Shown piece by piece: positions 56,963-64,000 of a stretch of 64,000 bases of DNA (positions are counted from its first letter, which is position 1; each line of letters opens with the position of its first letter). Source of the DNA: a virus. The notes beneath the pieces were generated by a model. It was not told the origin of the DNA. It ran no database searches and saw nothing but the letters and a program-made list of their open reading frames with translations. Location: IMG/VR virus record IMGVR_UViG_3300025030_000045; one strand, given 5' to 3'. The position numbers and the translations under genes were made by a program.

Positions 56963-57385
56963 TTACATCATGATTATTGGGCACATGATAATGAACGCGA
57001 CACAGAGAAAACAGATCATGATTAATAAGAGGGTTAAAAGTTTGCCGATAAAAGGTTTGCCTTTCGGCCCCGCTGAAATCTTTGATCCTGACCTATCTTG
57101 GAGCCAGGCATTTCGCATGTCATCGCCGTATTTCTTAAACAGACAATTCTCGATGCGCCAAATTACACATCTAACTTTGTAGAGTGCAATCCACCACCGA
57201 GATTTCGGTGAATACGTGGGATGATACCCAATAGGATTCTTCAGCGCATATACATTCCCGTCGTATCGCCATCTTAACCAACAACATACAATAGAACCGA
57301 TCATCTCGACTTCTTCTTTCTGTCCCGCTTTGGGTGGCCGGTTTCTCCAGCAATACCTTTTTTGCCGTATGTCTTTCCTTCCCAT
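56963..57385 (-). CDS. hypothetical protein with C-terminal membrane segment (start probably ~57304)
   Basis: Hydrophobic C-terminus LLTLLLIMICFLCVAFIIM. Confidence 0.5.
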   Translation of the reverse strand: MGRKDIRQKRYCWRNRPPKAGQKEEVEMIGSIVCCWLRWRYDGNVYALKNPIGYHPTYSPKSRWWIALYKVRCVIWRIENCLFKKYGDDMRNAWLQDRSGSKISAGPKGKPFIGKLLTLLLIMICFLCVAFIIMCPIIMM

Positions 57386-57747
57386 GGGCGCGGCTTTGGC
57401 TTGTCTTCAGGCCTTGTGCTTTCAATGCCACATCCCCAATCGATCATTCTTATGGATGATATCGGCCTCGGCATTTGCCGAGATGTTGGGATATGTCCCG
57501 CATCGCATAACGGGCATTCAAGACGCCGTAGTTCATAAGAATGATAGAAGTAATCTGACCCCATCGGCGTTGATGTTAATATAAGTGGTAATGGACCGAT
57601 GCAGCTCGGTTTGATTAATGTGATTTTTAGTGGAACGAGGCCAGCAAGATTGATATCATCTATCATTTTCTCGACAGAAGATCTTGTCGATTCGTCGCCG
57701 CCGGTGATGGCAATTTTTATTTCTTTCAGATCAGTTTCGCCGGTCAT
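57301..57747 (-). CDS. hypothetical protein
   Basis: RBS gaggt; CPLC motif. Confidence 0.6.
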   Translation of the reverse strand: MTGETDLKEIKIAITGGDESTRSSVEKMIDDINLAGLVPLKITLIKPSCIGPLPLILTSTPMGSDYFYHSYELRRLECPLCDAGHIPTSRQMPRPISSIRMIDWGCGIESTRPEDKPKPRPWEGKTYGKKGIAGETGHPKRDRKKKSR

Positions 57748-57866
57748 TTTTACCTCTTCTTATCATCACCTGATCAGGATGTCTTTGTGAACACCCGCGA
57801 CACTCTTTATCAGTGCCGAACAACCGACAGTCAACACCCTCTTTGATTGCCTCTTCTGACAAGGTC

Positions 57867-58343
57867 TCAACGCTCATTTGTGTTCATCTCGTTTTTCTTA
57901 ACAGAAGATTTTCTCCACTCGGTGTGGAGAAAAACGAGATGCATTGGAATAGAATCGGACGGGTCAAGAGGAAGTGTCTTAAGCAATGTTTCAAGTGCCT
58001 CGCTATCCATTTTTTTCGGATCAACGACGCAAGTATCACAGATTGCACCATCAATCGGCGTGGGGGCGAGGAATGCGATAGAATCGGCCCACCGGGAAAC
58101 TTTTAATGTAATACCTTCAGGATGCGGACCCGGTCGCAACTCGAATGTGGCCTTCGTATACGGGGATTCATGTTTCCCGTCTCTACCGATCCCCCAAGGC
58201 AATCCAAGTGCCCGACTCTGTCCGGTGCAGATGTATTTATGTTTAACCTCGGTGGTCGGTTTCAACATGATGTTTGAGCCGACCCCGTATCGGATGGCAT
58301 AAATCTTTAGTCCTGTATTCTTTTTACCCATAGGAAGCTCCAC
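57867..58343 (-). CDS. hypothetical protein
   Basis: Co-oriented early-region ORF. Confidence 0.6.
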   Translation of the reverse strand: MELPMGKKNTGLKIYAIRYGVGSNIMLKPTTEVKHKYICTGQSRALGLPWGIGRDGKHESPYTKATFELRPGPHPEGITLKVSRWADSIAFLAPTPIDGAICDTCVVDPKKMDSEALETLLKTLPLDPSDSIPMHLVFLHTEWRKSSVKKNEMNTNER

Positions 58344-58373
58344 TTATTTAGAAATAGATTGGCCGGATATTTT

Positions 58374-58604
58374 CTATTCGTCTTTACAGACACAGTTGTT
58401 CTTGACGAACGAATTAAGCAAAGAAACTTTGAACTTCAGGTCCCCGACCTCATCGTCCCGCTTATACAGCTTCTCCTGAATTTCCGTGTATGACAGTTGG
58501 GTGGGTGTTGATTCTTTTGGGTTGCTCCCGGGCGAACCGATAGCAAACCCGAGTGACATTCCGATAGCAAGTACAATCAACATTTTAGCAGCAGCGTCTT
58601 TCAA
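58374..58604 (-). CDS. small secreted or membrane hypothetical protein
   Basis: N-terminal hydrophobic helix; RBS ggagg. Confidence 0.6.
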   Translation of the reverse strand: MKDAAAKMLIVLAIGMSLGFAIGSPGSNPKESTPTQLSYTEIQEKLYKRDDEVGDLKFKVSLLNSFVKNNCVCKDE

Positions 58605-58651
58605 AATAAACCTCCGATAAATTTTACAATTGGGTGGCCGAGAGAATGTTT

Positions 58652-58981
58652 TTAATTATCGGACGGTGATTCGTCGCTGCCCGATTCATCGGCTGCCGGG
58701 AATGCCGCCACGGCCGAGTAGGTTGCCTTGCTCTTGAAGAACTTTCTCTCCAAACCGCGACGACGTCGGATGAACTTAAATTCGAACTTCATATCATCGA
58801 TGAATAGAAACTCCGGCCAGCGGCCCGTGCTCTCATTTGCCGAGCCGACGGTGAGGAGATCGCCACTGTGACTCATAATGCTGATCTGGGGGAATGGGAT
58901 TTCGTTGAACGGGTTGAATCGGACTTTCTTTCTTTCATTGCACATAAAAGTGCTCCTTTCTTGTTCCTGTCTCTCGGCCAC
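58652..58981 (-). CDS. hypothetical protein
   Basis: Co-oriented ORF. Confidence 0.6.
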   Translation of the reverse strand: MAERQEQERSTFMCNERKKVRFNPFNEIPFPQISIMSHSGDLLTVGSANESTGRWPEFLFIDDMKFEFKFIRRRRGLERKFFKSKATYSAVAAFPAADESGSDESPSDN

Positions 58982-58995
58982 CCATGGCCATGTCT

Positions 58996-59271
58996 TTATG
59001 GTGCCGGTATTACCGTGATAATTCCCGCAGCAACCGCCCCTTCGTAGTATCCGGCGGCGATGTCGATTGCATGTTCTTCGAATTCCGGGAACTCGTCCGG
59101 GTGATTGAGATCACTGCTTGAATTGATATGATGACCTTGTGACATCAATTCAAGCATCTTATGATTCACGGCGATTGCTCCTGTGACCGTCGGGGGAAAC
59201 CAATGCTCGACGAGATCACTATTATGTTTCATCAGAGCAAACTGTTTTTCTCTTATCCCAAAAAAGTACAT
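58996..59271 (-). CDS. hypothetical protein
   Basis: Start reassigned to MYFFG after aggagg to avoid overlap. Confidence 0.6.
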   Translation of the reverse strand: MYFFGIREKQFALMKHNSDLVEHWFPPTVTGAIAVNHKMLELMSQGHHINSSSDLNHPDEFPEFEEHAIDIAAGYYEGAVAAGIITVIPAP

Positions 59272-59284
59272 CCGATCCTCCTGC

Positions 59285-59755
59285 CTACTTCGAGGCTTTG
59301 GTTTTCGCGACGGTGATGGGCTTGCACTTGAAGGGACGTTTACCGTCATTGACGGTTTTCAGCAGCGGCTTCAATTTCTCTTCGGGAACGATCTTCCGAA
59401 TGGCGCCGATGTTGAAGGTGATGTTCTCCCAGAATTCTTCCTCGGTGATAAGTTCTTTGATCTGTTTCATTCCTTCAACACCACCGACGACGGAAGTCTT
59501 GGCGGCCTCGGGGGAGAATTGAAGGACGAATGCTTTACCGCCGAAGTTTTCCTTTTCCTCGGGAGCCAAAATCTCGTCAGCCAAGGCAGCGGCTTCTTTT
59601 TGAAGATCGGCGAGCGTTTTGAACTGCGGCTTGGCAAGAATGGCATCGCACTTGATCTGTTGCCGTCCGATACGATCGGCAAGTTTGGTGAGGGTAAGAA
59701 TCTTGTCAGCTTTTTCTTCGGGCGTCAAATTTGCTTTTGCCATGATGGCCTCCAT
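59285..59755 (-). CDS. early hypothetical protein
   Basis: Downstream of a sigma70 promoter; Lys/Ala-rich. Confidence 0.75.
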   Translation of the reverse strand: MEAIMAKANLTPEEKADKILTLTKLADRIGRQQIKCDAILAKPQFKTLADLQKEAAALADEILAPEEKENFGGKAFVLQFSPEAAKTSVVGGVEGMKQIKELITEEEFWENITFNIGAIRKIVPEEKLKPLLKTVNDGKRPFKCKPITVAKTKASK

Positions 59756-59779
59756 TGTGTTTGTTTGATTGTTGAGACA

Positions 59780-59808
59780 ATAATAACAAACAACAGAGGC
59801 CGTGTCAA
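59780..59808 (-). promoter_or_regulatory. sigma70-type early promoter
   Basis: TTGACA-17 nt-TATTAT with extended TG. Confidence 0.75.
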
Positions 59809-59845
59809 TAAGAAAAATGATTATTTTTACTTTAGATGAATATTT

Positions 59846-60007
59846 TTATCCCTCGTTCAACTGGACAGTCTTTACTTCATCAAGGCGATCAAATCCACAC
59901 CGTTCCGTGCACTCACGTTTAACTCTGTTCCCAGGAAGGACCCCGGTGATAATTAAGAGGTTCCCGCAATTTGGGCATTTATCATTGTCTTTTATTTCAT
60001 GTAACAT
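59846..60007 (-). CDS. 53-aa zinc-ribbon microprotein
   Basis: MLHEIKDNDKCPNCGNLL...ECTERCGF...; RBS gagga. Not in the ORF track. Confidence 0.55.
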   Translation of the reverse strand: MLHEIKDNDKCPNCGNLLIITGVLPGNRVKRECTERCGFDRLDEVKTVQLNEG

Positions 60008-60010
60008 TTT

Positions 60011-60469
60011 CTATTCCTCCTTTATTCTTGTAACCCAACAATTATTCCCATGCATAATCCGATGATATATTTCATCTTTGATTATACTATTAAGATATTC
60101 ACGATCCTCGACCGTCAACCATCGCACAAAGCCATCTGTTTTTTCTATTCTTGATGTAGTGACTAACTCGTCTCCGAGATGACAACCGACTCTTGCTGGT
60201 CTTTTCACACCATCAATTTCACCATAGTAATAAAGTAAATATGGATTGCCGAGTATCAATTGTTCGCCATACTGTGTAGTAATTATATCAAGAATCTGTG
60301 TTTTCTTTTTGACGTGTTCTAACCATAATGTATCCTTGTCATCTTCAACAAATTCACAGTGTTCCTTACAATGTGGGCAGATACTAACATCTTGAAAGTC
60401 AGGGCCGTCGGGTCCCATCATTCTATTTTTTCTCCCAACAGCAATTACTAATCTTTTCCATGCATTCAT
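60011..60469 (-). CDS. hypothetical protein
   Basis: RBS aaggag; ICPHCKEHC motif. Confidence 0.7.
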   Translation of the reverse strand: MNAWKRLVIAVGRKNRMMGPDGPDFQDVSICPHCKEHCEFVEDDKDTLWLEHVKKKTQILDIITTQYGEQLILGNPYLLYYYGEIDGVKRPARVGCHLGDELVTTSRIEKTDGFVRWLTVEDREYLNSIIKDEIYHRIMHGNNCWVTRIKEE

Positions 60470-60501
60470 TTCTCCTTATCACACGAAGGCCGGTCATGTT
60501 T

Positions 60502-62163
60502 TTACATCTGAATTCTATCAACAAACCATTTTGGTAATTCATTTTTACACTGTTCTATAAAAAAAGGAAAACTACTATCAAGTACATATGTGACCGAGTG
60601 ATCTTCTTCTGATCTTGTAGCTCTCCCGCTTGCTTGCATGATTTCCTTCAGCATTTGATTAACATACCATTTACCTTCTTTCATCTTCGCTTTAACCCGC
60701 GGATCAGCCATGCTTGCAAATGGGAGCTTGACTATAATCTGAAACCTAGCAAGATCGTCATCAAGACTTATACCTTCACTCATAGAAGGACTGAGCAAAA
60801 CAGTTGGTGTTCTCGATTCCATGTGTTTCTTGATCAGAACATCATTCTTGATTCCGAACTTGAAGTTCACGGGGTCCATACCACGACTGAGCAATCGTGA
60901 TCGGTTTCTTTTAACCCTTTTAGCAATATCATCGGTGATACGATAGTTGACGCTGTGTATGATTCCCTTTTCTGTCTTGTGATGATCCATGATGTGGTCA
61001 ACAGCATCAGCAATTTTCGGTAGTGTTGCTGTGATGTTTTGGTAGTTCATCTTACCAATGGGAAGGACGATGATCGGTGACATATCTGGAGAGAACGGAG
61101 AATCAACTTCAATGTATTCGACTTGATCGGCCGGCAAAGCAAGCTCACGAGCAAATTCTACAGCAGAACCGATTGTTGCTGACATGAATACAAACTTGCT
61201 CGCCGATTCCCCAATGAACTTTTGAAAAAGACCACGAGCCGAAAGAGGTGTGATAGTCAGGTGATTCTCGTCGGCATTTGATTCGACGATCCATTCTTCA
61301 AGGTCTCGACGTTCAAAGTAAATCTCGAGCTTCTTAACGACCTTATCAATATCACTGACCTTTGCACTAATCTTATTGATCTTCTCGAGGATCGGTTTAG
61401 ATATGTTCTGCATCGGTGTGTTTTCATCAATGCCATTATCAGCATAAATGTTATCACGGTCCTTCGTCCACTCTGCTTTACGAGCCATGATTGCCCTCGT
61501 CATTGAAACAAGAACCTTCATATCCTCATTCTTTGACCCGTTGAAGAACCATGTCAGATCAGAAATACCGTACCGCTCTTTTAGTTCTGCCGGTTTGAGT
61601 ATGATCTCCGCAAATCCAACAAGATAACCTTCAAGGGCATGGGCTTCGTCCATGATACAAACTTCACGGGGTGTAACTTGCTTCTCGTCAGATAGTGGAC
61701 CACACAATCGGGCAAAGAGATAGTATGCATAGTTGGTCAGCATCACGGGTGCTTCCATTGCCTTGTTTCGTTGATTGATATACGGACACACTTGACGAGC
61801 TTGACACTGCCTGATGATCTGCGGCATTGCTGCACAGGGAGCAGATTCGCATGTCATCAGTTGATTAATACCGCACTTATAATTTCCCTTACCGCGAAGG
61901 TCAACAACACCCCCGGGATTCTTGTACTGATCTTGAAGTTGTTTAGAGGAAGTGATGATGTGGGCATTGCGAGCTGACTCAGCAATTGCCTGTGCAATGA
62001 ACTGCTTTCCGACGCCCACCGGCGCGCTTAATAACACAAATCGTTTTCCGGAATTTAATGCATTTATTATCTTTGTAATAGATTCAATTTGTATTTGACG
62101 TGGGGTCAGATTGTTCTTCTTGAAAAAATTCATGCCTTTTTTGTAGTCCAACATATTTTTCAA
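60502..62163 (-). CDS. DinG/Rad3-family SF2 helicase
   Basis: PRQIQ Q-motif, APVGVGK, Cys cluster (Fe-S-like), DEAH, MSAT, SPF, EGISL, KLPF and QASGRATR motifs. Confidence 0.9.
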   Translation of the reverse strand: MKNMLDYKKGMNFFKKNNLTPRQIQIESITKIINALNSGKRFVLLSAPVGVGKQFIAQAIAESARNAHIITSSKQLQDQYKNPGGVVDLRGKGNYKCGINQLMTCESAPCAAMPQIIRQCQARQVCPYINQRNKAMEAPVMLTNYAYYLFARLCGPLSDEKQVTPREVCIMDEAHALEGYLVGFAEIILKPAELKERYGISDLTWFFNGSKNEDMKVLVSMTRAIMARKAEWTKDRDNIYADNGIDENTPMQNISKPILEKINKISAKVSDIDKVVKKLEIYFERRDLEEWIVESNADENHLTITPLSARGLFQKFIGESASKFVFMSATIGSAVEFARELALPADQVEYIEVDSPFSPDMSPIIVLPIGKMNYQNITATLPKIADAVDHIMDHHKTEKGIIHSVNYRITDDIAKRVKRNRSRLLSRGMDPVNFKFGIKNDVLIKKHMESRTPTVLLSPSMSEGISLDDDLARFQIIVKLPFASMADPRVKAKMKEGKWYVNQMLKEIMQASGRATRSEEDHSVTYVLDSSFPFFIEQCKNELPKWFVDRIQM

Positions 62164-63022
62164 ATCTTCCTTTATTATGCTCGCTTAAATTAATTCTTCC
62201 GGCAATAAAATCTTCAGCCAATTCTGTCTTGTATGTTGGAAAATCCTTTTCGGTTAAAACTTTAAATCTTTCCCTATATAAATTAATTGCTGCGGCGAAT
62301 TTCAATTTATTATCATCCGAATTAATTAATCGTGATGGTTTTATTTCTATAATCTCCCCCGTACCCAAGACATAATCCGGGTAGTAGTTTCTCTTACAAC
62401 CATCTTTTTCATATTCAACTCGATATTCCTTAGACTCCCCAGAAACAAACGGAATCTTTATTGTAACAAGATGTTTGATGAATGTCAATTCAAGAGTGCT
62501 TCGAAAATGAAAACCCTCATACATTCCGGATATACCTCGACCAGAACCAACCGGGGCGGCTTTACCAAACATATGATTTTTTTCTCCGCATCGAGACAAC
62601 TTCTTCTTTATTAAATCCCCCTTTTCTTTTCCATATTGTTCATCATATGTTTTTCCTATGCGTTTTGCGTTTGCAATATGTTGTCCGGGGCCGTTAAATT
62701 TCCCCCCAAAATTTGAGGCCCTTTCACCAACATACAATTTTAGTTTTTCCCTTGCCTTATTTGCTTTCTCTGTGCCGAGAATTTCTTCAAATGTTTTCCC
62801 TTTACGCCTTGATGAATTCGCTATATTGGCGGCTGCACTTCGACAACCACCACACAAATCCTTATGATGTTTTTCCCTATTATTTCTTACACAATTATAT
62901 GAAGAATTAAAAACATGTTTACATTTGTCGCAACACACGTCAATGAGCTGCATTCCCCTGAAACCATCTTTTGAACGCCATCCTCTTCTATCTTTACAAA
63001 TTTCTAGCTCCGTTAAAATCAT
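62084..63022 (-). CDS. free-standing homing endonuclease, paralog of 52393-53214
   Basis: GEKNHMFGK, FRSTLEL, RNYYPDY, IEIKP and VLTEKD motifs. Confidence 0.85.
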   Translation of the reverse strand: MILTELEICKDRRGWRSKDGFRGMQLIDVCCDKCKHVFNSSYNCVRNNREKHHKDLCGGCRSAAANIANSSRRKGKTFEEILGTEKANKAREKLKLYVGERASNFGGKFNGPGQHIANAKRIGKTYDEQYGKEKGDLIKKKLSRCGEKNHMFGKAAPVGSGRGISGMYEGFHFRSTLELTFIKHLVTIKIPFVSGESKEYRVEYEKDGCKRNYYPDYVLGTGEIIEIKPSRLINSDDNKLKFAAAINLYRERFKVLTEKDFPTYKTELAEDFIAGRINLSEHNKGRFEKYVGLQKRHEFFQEEQSDPTSNTN

Positions 63023-63086
63023 AAGTGCATCTCCTGTGATTGGCTTTTATTTTATTTATAAAAAGTATACACGATCGTGCACTTAT
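63021..63086 (-). promoter_or_regulatory. RBS/start-sequestering imperfect hairpin with late promoter TATAAATA (63053-63060) at its apex
   Basis: ataagtgca...tgcacttat arms enclose the SD aggag and overlap the ATG. Confidence 0.65.
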
Positions 63087-63118
63087 TGGTGTTTAATTTG
63101 ACATTCGTTTTTTATCCT

Positions 63119-63817
63119 TTATTTGAGTTTATCCATTGGGTGTTTGCCAACAGAGTACAGAATGTCATTCGTTAAGTCAAGCGCCGTCAATCGTCCACCA
63201 AACACAACACCGGTGTCAAGACCTATACGACGCTCGTCAATGTGTGGCCATGTTCCTGGTGTGTGGCCGTGCACTACGATCTTGTCCCACTTACATTTTG
63301 ACTCAAGAAAGTCAGCACGAATCCACATCTTATCTTGATCGTTTTGATCTTTGAGTTCGATCGTTGGGTAAAGCCCGGCATGAACAAAAATGTAATCGTC
63401 TGTTTCAAAATGAGTTGGGAGTTCATCTAAAAACTTTCTATGAGAATCCGGTAATATAAATTTCACCCCACCCATTTCAAATTCTTCACCGACGACCGGT
63501 GGTGTTTCTTTGACCGTGTATGAATCAACCGTCATGGTCCCACCATTATAGAGAAACAACCCCTCTTGATATCTGTCCCCGGCAAGTGCTCGTATAAACA
63601 TATCCTCGTGGTTGCCCTTCAGACAAACCATGTTTGGATAGGTGCGTTTCATATCAATCAGTGCCTCAATGACACCACTCGAACGAAGTCCGCGGTCAAT
63701 ATAATCCCCAAGAAAAACAATGACATCGTTCGTCTTTGGTTTGATTAAACCTAGTAATTTTGCAAGTGAGTAGAGACAGCCGTGTACATCGCCGATTGGA
63801 ATAATTCTTTGTTTCAT
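63119..63817 (-). CDS. Ser/Thr protein phosphatase (calcineurin-like metallophosphoesterase)
   Basis: IGDVHG, LGDYIDRG, GNHE, VHAG, HGHT and DTG motifs; start at MKQRII after ggag. Confidence 0.92.
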   Translation of the reverse strand: MKQRIIPIGDVHGCLYSLAKLLGLIKPKTNDVIVFLGDYIDRGLRSSGVIEALIDMKRTYPNMVCLKGNHEDMFIRALAGDRYQEGLFLYNGGTMTVDSYTVKETPPVVGEEFEMGGVKFILPDSHRKFLDELPTHFETDDYIFVHAGLYPTIELKDQNDQDKMWIRADFLESKCKWDKIVVHGHTPGTWPHIDERRIGLDTGVVFGGRLTALDLTNDILYSVGKHPMDKLK

Positions 63818-63836
63818 TTTGATGATCTCCAATAAT

Positions 63837-63998
63837 TTAATATGTGTTTTTTCGTAATTCTTCGATTTGATTTTCGAGAGAATCAATTTCGTCCTTTAAT
63901 GAACCAACCTGATCTTTGAGATCTTCAATTTCGTCGCCATTATTAGAAATTGTGTCTTCGAGCTTCCAGGATGCCTCTTCTAAATCAGCGCCCCATTC
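63837..63998 (-). CDS. 3' end of a coiled-coil ORF truncated by the window edge
   Basis: EWGADLEEASWKLEDTIS...LKDEIDSLENQIEELRKNTY*. Confidence 0.6.
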   Translation of the reverse strand, partial: EWGADLEEASWKLEDTISNNGDEIEDLKDQVGSLKDEIDSLENQIEELRKNTY

Positions 63999-64000
63999 AC

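Noticed and set aside
59183-59839. 218-aa plus-strand ORF
   Set aside because: Antisense shadow of minus-strand genes that have a promoter and RBS; no motifs.
1-64000. tRNA genes or stop-codon reassignment
   Set aside because: I noticed no cloverleaf/T-loop signatures in intergenic gaps. Core genes are intact in the standard code and use TAA, TAG and TGA as stops.

Overview
This window is 64 kb of a large T4-like (Tevenvirinae-related) myophage genome. The plus strand (1-21.4 kb) is a late morphogenesis block. It runs: C-terminal half of the large terminase, sheath, tube, an AT-rich 4-gene membrane cassette, gp3, two fibre modules, gp4, gp2, portal, protease, scaffold and major capsid. Next come a homing endonuclease and a small sigma70-driven early island (23.2-24.2 kb). 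The minus strand (24.3-45.6 kb) carries baseplate, spike, tube-initiator and tail-fibre genes. From 45.7 to 64 kb it carries gp32 SSB, gp33, nucleotide-metabolism genes, early hypotheticals, a DinG-like helicase, a phosphatase and two paralogous homing endonucleases. Notable points: (1) the terminase is fractured and begins with an atypically split intein C-fragment; (2) the PAAR spike tip is fused to a peptidase-M15 domain, next to a lysozyme-less gp5 split into two genes; (3) a T-TTT-TTC -1 frameshift site would join gp26 to an un-called gp51-like ORF; (4) a gp42-like dCMP-modifying enzyme suggests modified cytosine; (5) RBS-sequestering hairpins with embedded late promoters control the endonucleases; (6) a duplicated kinase start now heads a C2H2-like microprotein; (7) a late-expressed periplasmic-binding-protein/membrane cassette has no obvious function; (8) a consensus sigma70 promoter points antisense into the baseplate operon. 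All calls are from motif recognition by eye; no database searches were run.
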